64,000 nt of DNA from Auanema rhodensis (lineage: Eukaryota > Animalia > Nematoda), in NCBI GenBank assembly GCA_964057225.1, contig OZ059899.1, forward strand, positions 1,364,001 to 1,428,000, in the 5' to 3' direction. The position numbers and the translations under genes were made by a program. Within the stretch, counting starts at the first letter, position 1. Every line of letters starts with the position of its first letter. Positions 55,201 through 64,000 of the stretch are shown piece by piece. The notes under the pieces are model-generated. The model did not search any database and was not told the origin of the DNA. It saw only the letters and a program-made list of their open reading frames with translations.

Positions 55201-58200
55201 TTTTTTCGAAAAATTTCAAAATAATTTAGCAAAAAGTAGATGTTTTTAGATTCCATTTTTCAAGGCAAAGACGATGGACAATGTTATTCAACGAAAAAAT
55301 TAATTCTTCAGGGTGAAAATCGAGGATATAAGTGTGAACTTATAAAAGTTGATATCTCGGTGCATTTTTAAGCTAGCGCAAATCTGATAACACAGATCGA
55401 CGCAGCTTAAAAATCCGCATCGAATGCACTATACTACTTTGAGAAACGCTTAATACAAAAATTAGTTATGATCGTTTGAAAAATGATGCATTAGTGTATG
55501 TTGAGTTTCCATGTACACTCAACATTGCTTCCAAAAACATTTTGACAAAAATTTTTTCGAAAAATTTCAAAATAATTTAGCAAAAAGTAGATGTTTTTAG
55601 ATTCCATTTTTCAAGGCAAAGACGATGGACAATGTTATTCAACGAAAAAATTATTTCTTCAGGGTGAAAATCGAGGATATAAGTGTGAACTTATATCAGT
55701 TGATATCTCGGTGCATTTTTAAGCTAGCGCAAATCTGATAACACAGATCGACGCAGCTTAAAAATCCGCATCGAATGCACTATACTACATTGAGAAACGC
55801 TTAATACAAAAATTAGTTATGATCGTTTGAAAAATGATGCATTAGTGTATGTTGAGTTTCCATGTACACTCAACATTGCTTCCAAAAACATTTTGACAAA
55901 AATTTTTTCGAAAAATTTCAAAATAATTCAGCAAAAAGTAGATGTTTTTAGATTCCATTTTTCAAGGCAAAGACGATGGACAATGTTATTCAACGAAAAA
56001 ATTAATTCTTTAGGGTGAAAATCGAGGATATAAGTGTGAACTTATATCAGTTGATATCTCGGTGCATTTTTAAGCTAGCGCAAATCTGATAACACAGATC
56101 GACGCAGCTTAAAAATCCGCATCGAATGCACTGTACTACATTGAGAAACGCTTAATACAAAAATTAGTTATGATCGTTTGAAAAATGATGCATTAGTGTA
56201 TGTTGAGTTTCCATGTACACTCAACATTGCTTCCAAAAACATTTTGACAAAAATTTTTCCGAAAAATTTCAAAATAATTCAGCAAAAAGTAGATGTTTTT
56301 AGATTCCATTTTTCAAGGCAAAGACGATGGACAATGTTATTCAACGAAAAAATTAATTCTTCAGGGTGAAAATCGAGGATATAAGTGTGAACTTATAAAA
56401 GTTGATATCTCGGTGCATTTTTAAGCTAGCGCAAATCTGATAACACAGATCGACGCAGCTCAAAAATCCGCATCGAATGCACTATACTACATTGAGAAAC
56501 GCTTGATACAAAAATTAGTTATAATCATTTGAAAAATGATGCATTAGTGTATGTTAAGTTTCCATGTACACTCAACATTGCTTCCAAAAACATTTTGACA
56601 AAAATTTTTTCGAAAAATTTCAAAATAATTTAGCAAAAAGTAGATGTTTTTAGATTTCATTTTTCAAGGCAAAGACGATGGACAATGTTATTCAACGAAA
56701 AAATTAATTCTTCAGGGTGAAAATCGAGGATATAAGTGTGAACTTATAAAAGTTGATATCTCGGTGCATTTTTAAGCTAGCGCAAATCTGATAACACAGA
56801 TCGACGCAGCTCAAAAATCCGCATCGAATGCACTATACTACATTGAGAAACGCTTGATACAAAAATTAGTTATAATCGTTTGAAAAATGATGCATTAGTG
56901 TATGTTGAGTTTCCATGTACACTCAACATTGCTTCCAAAAACATTTTGACAAAAATTTTTTCGAAAACTTTCAAAATAATTTAGCAAAAAGTAGATGTTT
57001 TTAGATTTCATTTTTCAAGGCAAAGACGATGGACAATGTTATTCAACGAAAAAATTAATTCTTCAGGGTGAAAATCGAGGATATAAGTGTGAACTTATAT
57101 CAGTTGATATCTCGGTGCATTTTTAAGCTAGCGCAAATCTGATAACACAGATCGACGCAGCTTAAAAATCCGCATCGAATGCACTATACTACTTTGAGAA
57201 ACGCTTAATACAAAAATTAGTTATGATCGTTTGAAAAATGATGCATTAGTGTATGTTGAGTTTCCATGTACACTCAACATTGCTTCCAAAAACATTTTGA
57301 CAAAAATTTTTTCGAAAAATTTCAAAATAATTCAGCAAAAAGTAGATGTTTTTAGATTCCATTTTTCAAGGCAAAGACGATGGACAATGTTATTCAACGA
57401 AAAAATTAATTCTTCAGGGTGAAAATCGAGGATATAAGTGTGAACTTATAAAAGTTGATATCTCGGTGCATTTTTAAGCTAGCGCAAATCTGATAACACA
57501 GATCGACGCAGCTCAAAAATCCGCATCGAATGCACTATACTACATTGAGAAACGCTTGATACAAAAATTAGTTATAATCATTTGAAAAATGATGCATTAG
57601 TGTATGTTAAGTTTCCATGTACACTCAACATTGCTTCCAAAAACATTTTGACAAAAATTTTTTCGAAAAATTTCAAAATAATTTAGCAAAAAGTAGATGT
57701 TTTTAGATTTCATTTTTCAAGGCAAAGACGATGGACAATGTTATTCAACGAAAAAATTAATTCTTCAGGGTGAAAATCGAGGATATAAGTGTGAACTTAT
57801 AAAAGTTGATATCTCGGTGCATTTTTAAGCTAGCGCAAATCTGATAACACAGATCGACGCAGCTTAAAAATCCGCATCGAATGCACTATACTACTTTGAG
57901 AAACGCTTAATACAAAAATTAGTTATGATCGTTTGAAAAATGATGCATTAGTGTATGTTGAGTTTCCATGTACACTCAACATTGCTTCCAAAAACATTTT
58001 GACAAAACTTTTTTCGAAAAATTTCAAAATAATTCAGCAAAAAGTAGATGTTTTTAGATTCCATTTTTCAAGGCAAAGACGATGGACAATGTTATTCAAC
58101 GAAAAAATTAATTCTTCAGGGTGAAAATCGAGGATATAAGTGTGAACTTATAAAAGTTGATATCTCGGTGCATTTTTAAGCTAGCGCAAATCTGATAACA

Positions 58201-61200
58201 CAGATCGACGCAGCTTAAAAATCCGCATCGAATGCACTATACTACTTTGAGAAACGCTTAATACAAAAATTAGTTATGATCGTTTGAAAAATGATGCATT
58301 AGTGTATGTTGAGTTTCCATGTACACTCAACATTGCTTCCAAAAACATTTTGACAAAAATTTTTTCGAAAAATTTCAAAATAATTCAGCAAAAAGTAGAT
58401 GTTTTTAGATTCCATTTTTCAAGGCAAAGACGATGGACAATGTTATTCAACGAAAAAATTAATTCTTCAGGGTGAAAATCGAGGATATAAGTGTGAACTT
58501 ATAAAAGTTGATATCTCGGTGCATTTTTAAGCTAGCGCAAATCTGATAACACAGATCGACGCAGCTCAAAAATCCGCATCGAATGCACTATACTACATTG
58601 AGAAACGCTTGATACAAAAATTAGTTATAATCGTTTGAAAAATGATGCATTAGTGTATGTTGAGTTTCCATGTACACTCAACATTGTTTCCAAAAACATT
58701 TTGACAAAAATTTTTTCGAAAAATTTCAAAATAATTTAGCAAAAAGTAGATGTTTTTAGATTTCATTTTTCAAGGCAAAGACGATGGACAATGTTATTCA
58801 ACGAAAAAATTAATTCTTCAGGGTGAAAATCGAGGATATAAGTGTGAACTTATATCAGTTGATATCTCGGTGCATTTTTAAGCTAGCGCAAATCTGATAA
58901 CACAGATCGACGCAGCTTAAAAATCCGCATCGAATGCACTATACTACTTTGAGAAACGCTTAATACAAAAATTAGTTATGATCGTTTGAAAAATGATGCA
59001 TTAGTGTATGTTGAGTTTCCATGTACACTCAACATTGCTTCCAAAAACATTTTGACAAAAATTTTTTCGAAAAATTTCAAAATAATTCAGCAAAAAGTAG
59101 ATGTTTTTAGATTCCATTTTTCAAGGCAAAGACGATGGACAATGTTATTCAACGAAAAAATTAATTCTTCAGGGTGAAAATCGAGGATATAAGTGTGAAC
59201 TTATAAAAGTTGATATCTCGGTGCATTTTTAAGCTAGCGCAAATCTGATAACACAGATCGACGCAGCTCAAAAATCCGCATCGAATGCACTATACTACAT
59301 TGAGAAACGCTTGATACAAAAATTAGTTATAATCATTTGAAAAATGATGCATTAGTGTATGTTAAGTTTCCATGTACACTCAACATTGCTTCCAAAAACA
59401 TTTTGACAAAAATTTTTTCGAAAAATTTCAAAATAATTTAGCAAAAAGTAGATGTTTTTAGATTTCATTTTTCAAGGCAAAGACGATGGACAATGTTATT
59501 CAACGAAAAAATTAATTCTTCAGGGTGAAAATCGAGGATATAAGTGTGAACTTATAAAAGTTGATATCTCGGTGCATTTTTAAGCTAGCGCAAATCTGAT
59601 AACACAGATCGACGCAGCTTAAAAATCCGCATCGAATGCACTATACTACTTTGAGAAACGCTTAATACAAAAATTAGTTATGATCGTTTGAAAAATGATG
59701 CATTAGTGTATGTTGAGTTTCCATGTACACTCAACATTGCTTCCAAAAACATTTTGACAAAAATTTTTTCGAAAAATTTCAAAATAATTTAGCAAAAAGT
59801 AGATGTTTTTAGATTCCATTTTTCAAGGCAAAGACGATGGACAATGTTATTCAACGAAAAAATTATTTCTTCAGGGTGAAAATCGAGGATATAAGTGTGA
59901 ACTTATATCAGTTGATATCTCGGTGCATTTTTAAGCTAGCGCAAATCTGATAACACAGATCGACGCAGCTTAAAAATCCGCATCGAATGCACTATACTAC
60001 ATTGAGAAACGCTTAATACAAAAATTAGTTATGATCGTTTGAAAAATGATGCATTAGTGTATGTTGAGTTTCCATGTACACTCAACATTGCTTCCAAAAA
60101 CATTTTGACAAAAATTTTTTCGAAAAATTTCAAAATAATTCAGCAAAAAGTAGATGTTTTTAGATTTCATTTTTCAAGGCAAAGACGATGGACAATGTTA
60201 TTCAACGAAAAAATTAATTCTTCAGGGTGAAAATCGAGGATATAAGTGTGAACTTATAAAAGTTGATATCTCGGTGCATTTTTAAGCTAGCGCAAATCTG
60301 ATAACACAGATCGACGCAGCTTAAAAATCCGCATCGAATGCACTATACTACATTGAGAAACGCTTAATACAAAAATTAGTTATGATCGTTTGAAAAATGA
60401 TGCATTAGTGTATGTTGAGTTTCCATGTACACTCAACATTGCTTCCAAAAACATTTTGACAAAAATTTTTTCGAAAAATTTCAAAATAATTTAGCAAAAA
60501 GTAGATGTTTTTAGATTTCATTTTTCAAGGCAAAGACGATGGACAATGTTATTCAACGAAAAAATTAATTCTTCAGGGTGAAAATCGAGGATATAAGTGT
60601 GAACTTATAAAAGTTGATATCTCGGTGCATTTTTAAGCTAGCGCAAATCTGATAACACAGATCGACGCAGCTTAAAAATCCGCATCGAATGCACTATACT
60701 ACTTTGAGAAACGCTTAATACAAAAATTAGTTATGATCGTTTGAAAAATGATGCATTAGTGTATGTTGAGTTTCCATGTACACTCAACATTGCTTCCAAA
60801 AACATTTTGACAAAACTTTTTTCGAAAAATTTCAAAATAATTCAGCAAAAAGTAGATGTTTTTAGATTCCATTTTTCAAGGCAAAGACGATGGACAATGT
60901 TATTCAACGAAAAAATTAATTCTTCAGGGTGAAAATCGAGGATATAAGTGTGAACTTATAAAAGTTGATATCTCGGTGCATTTTTAAGCTAGCGCAAATC
61001 TGATAACACAGATCGACGCAGCTTAAAAATCCGCATCGAATGCACTATACTACTTTGAGAAACGCTTAATACAAAAATTAGTTATGATCGTTTGAAAAAT
61101 GATGCATTAGTGTATGTTGAGTTTCCATGTACACTCAACATTGCTTCCAAAAACATTTTGACAAAAATTTTTTCGAAAAATTTCAAAATAATTCAGCAAA

Positions 61201-64000
61201 AAGTAGATGTTTTTAGATTCCATTTTTCAAGGCAAAGACGATGGACAATGTTATTCAACGAAAAAATTAATTCTTCAGGGTGAAAATCGAGGATATAAGT
61301 GTGAACTTATAAAAGTTGATATCTCGGTGCATTTTTAAGCTAGCGCAAATCTGATAACACAGATCGACGCAGCTCAAAAATCCGCATCGAATGCACTATA
61401 CTACATTGAGAAACGCTTGATACAAAAATTAGTTATAATCGTTTGAAAAATGATGCATTAGTGTATGTTGAGTTTCCATGTACACTCAACATTGTTTCCA
61501 AAAACATTTTGACAAAAATTTTTTCGAAAAATTTCAGAATAATTTAGCAAAAAGTAGATGTTTTTAGATTTCATTTTTCAAGGCAAAGACGATGGACAAT
61601 GTTATTCAACGAAAAAATTAATTCTTCAGGGTGAAAATCGAGGATATAAGTGTGAACTTATATCAGTTGATATCTCGGTGCATTTTTAAGCTAGCGCAAA
61701 TCTGATAACACAGATCGACGCAGCTTAAAAATCCGCATCGAATGCACTATACTACTTTGAGAAACGCTTAATACAAAAATTAGTTATGATCGTTTGAAAA
61801 ATGATGCATTAGTGTATGTTGAGTTTCCATGTACACTCAACATTGCTTCCAAAAACATTTTGACAAAAATTTTTTCGAAAAATTTCAAAATAATTCAGCA
61901 AAAAGTAGATGTTTTTAGATTCCATTTTTCAAGGCAAAGACGATGGACAATGTTATTCAACGAAAAAATTAATTCTTCAGGGTGAAAATCGAGGATATAA
62001 GTGTGAACTTATAAAAGTTGATATCTCGGTGCATTTTTAAGCTAGCGCAAATCTGATAACACAGATCGACGCAGCTCAAAAATCCGCATCGAATGCACTA
62101 TACTACATTGAGAAACGCTTGATACAAAAATTAGTTATAATCATTTGAAAAATGATGCATTAGTGTATGTTAAGTTTCCATGTACACTCAACATTGCTTC
62201 CAAAAACATTTTGACAAAAATTTTTTCGAAAAATTTCAAAATAATTTAGCAAAAAGTAGATGTTTTTAGATTTCATTTTTCAAGGCAAAGACGATGGACA
62301 ATGTTATTCAACGAAAAAATTAATTCTTCAGGGTGAAAATCGAGGATATAAGTGTGAACTTATAAAAGTTGATATCTCGGTGCATTTTTAAGCTAGCGCA
62401 AATCTGATAACACAGATCGACGCAGCTTAAAAATCCGCATCGAATGCACTATACTACTTTGAGAAACGCTTAATACAAAAATTAGTTATGATCGTTTGAA
62501 AAATGATGCATTAGTGTATGTTGAGTTTCCATGTACACTCAACATTGCTTCCAAAAACATTTTGACAAAAATTTTTTCGAAAAATTTCAAAATAATTCAG
62601 CAAAAAGTAGATGTTTTTAGATTCCATTTTTCAAGGCAAAGACGATGGACAATGTTATTCAACGAAAAAATTAATTCTTCAGGGTGAAAATCGAGGATAT
62701 AAGTGTGAACTTATATCAGTTGATATCTCGGTGCATTTTTAAGCTAGCGCAAATCTGATAACACAGATCGACGCAGCTTAAAAATCCGCATCGAATGCAC
62801 TATACTACTTTGAGAAACGCTTAATACAAAAATTAGTTATGATCGTTTGAAAAATGATGCATTAGTGTATGTTGAGTTTCCATGTACACTCAACATTGCT
62901 TCCAAAAACATTTTGACAAAAATTTTTTCGAAAAATTTCAAAATAATTCAGCAAAAAGTAGATGTTTTTAGATTCCATTTTTCAAGGCAAAGACGATGGA
63001 CAATGTTATTCAACGAAAAAATTAATTCTTCAGGGTGAAAATCGAGGATATAAGTGTGAACTTATAAAAGTTGATATCTCGGTGCATTTTTAAGCTAGCG
63101 CAAATCTGATAACACAGATCGACGCAGCTCAAAAATCCGCATCGAATGCACTATACTACATTGAGAAACGCTTGATACAAAAATTAGTTATAATCATTTG
63201 AAAAATGATGCATTAGTGTATGTTAAGTTTCCATGTACACTCAACATTGCTTCCAAAAACATTTTGACAAAAATTTTTTCGAAAAATTTCAAAATAATTT
63301 AGCAAAAAGTAGATGTTTTTAGATTTCATTTTTCAAGGCAAAGACGATGGACAATGTTATTCAACGAAAAAATTAATTCTTCAGGGTGAAAATCGAGGAT
63401 ATAAGTGTGAACTTATAAAAGTTGATATCTCGGTGCATTTTTAAGCTAGCGCAAATCTGATAACACAGATCGACGCAGCTTAAAAATCCGCATCGAATGC
63501 ACTATACTACTTTGAGAAACGCTTAATACAAAAATTAGTTATGATCGTTTGAAAAATGATGCATTAGTGTATGTTGAGTTTCCATGTACACTCAACATTG
63601 CTTCCAAAAACATTTTGACAAAAATTTTTTCGAAAAATTTCAAAATAATTTAGCAAAAAGTAGATGTTTTTAGATTCCATTTTTCAAGGCAAAGACGATG
63701 GACAATGTTATTCAACGAAAAAATTATTTCTTCAGGGTGAAAATCGAGGATATAAGTGTGAACTTATATCAGTTGATATCTCGGTGCATTTTTAAGCTAG
63801 CGCAAATCTGATAACACAGATCGACGCAGCTTAAAAATCCGCATCGAATGCACTATACTACATTGAGAAACGCTTAATACAAAAATTAGTTATGATCGTT
63901 TGAAAAATGATGCATTAGTGTATGTTGAGTTTCCATGTACACTCAACATTGCTTCCAAAAACATTTTGACAAAAATTTTTTCGAAAAATTTCAAAATAAT
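52287..64000. repeat. Array domain E (33+ monomers, all 351 bp): B-type variants with 8-mer and 9-mer duplications
   Basis: Same variant set as domain B, plus frequent TACTTTGAG and the private TGTTTCC, ACTGTACT and TTCCGAA variants. Confidence 0.85.

Larger units (their letters stand above)
1..64000. repeat. Tandem satellite DNA array, 351-bp AT-rich monomer, 182 full copies plus a partial copy; continues beyond both window edges
   Basis: ACGCTT(A/G)ATACAAAAATTAG recurs at 1, 351, 702, 1053 ... 15787 ... 52287 ... 63870. 63870 = 1 + 182x351 - 17 (1-bp deletions) + 4 (1-bp insertions). I found no non-repeat sequence. Confidence 0.99.

Noticed and set aside
15817-63038. Repeated 63-aa ORF (MKNDALVYVEF...) as a tandem gene family
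   Set aside because: It starts at TTG and is open only where a single T>C turns the consensus TAG into CAG. Most monomers carry the stop. It has no recognisable domain, and its K/F/N/I-rich composition simply reflects the A/T tracts.
1-64000. CRISPR array or other repeat-spacer cassette
   Set aside because: There are no unique spacers; the entire 351-bp period is repeated, and no cas or other genes are present.

Overview
The whole 64-kb window is one uninterrupted head-to-tail tandem array (satellite DNA) of an AT-rich 351-bp monomer, about 31% GC by hand count. It holds 182 complete monomers plus a 131-bp partial copy, all in the same orientation: 161 of 351 bp, 17 of 350 bp and 4 of 352 bp, which accounts for the coordinates exactly. 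Copies differ by only a few substitutions or indels. I see no genes, RNA genes, transposon insertions, inversions or CRISPR spacers, and the ORF-track entries are by-products of single satellite variants. This looks like a eukaryotic (peri)centromeric or heterochromatic satellite, but I cannot name the family or species from sequence alone. The informative signal lies at two levels. (1) Each monomer is dense in dyad symmetry, with four hairpin or cruciform-capable elements. (2) Shared variants define five sequence domains, nascent higher-order repeats of 3 to 10 monomers, and a ~25-kb segmental duplication followed by local expansion. I found no evidence for a new protein-coding system.
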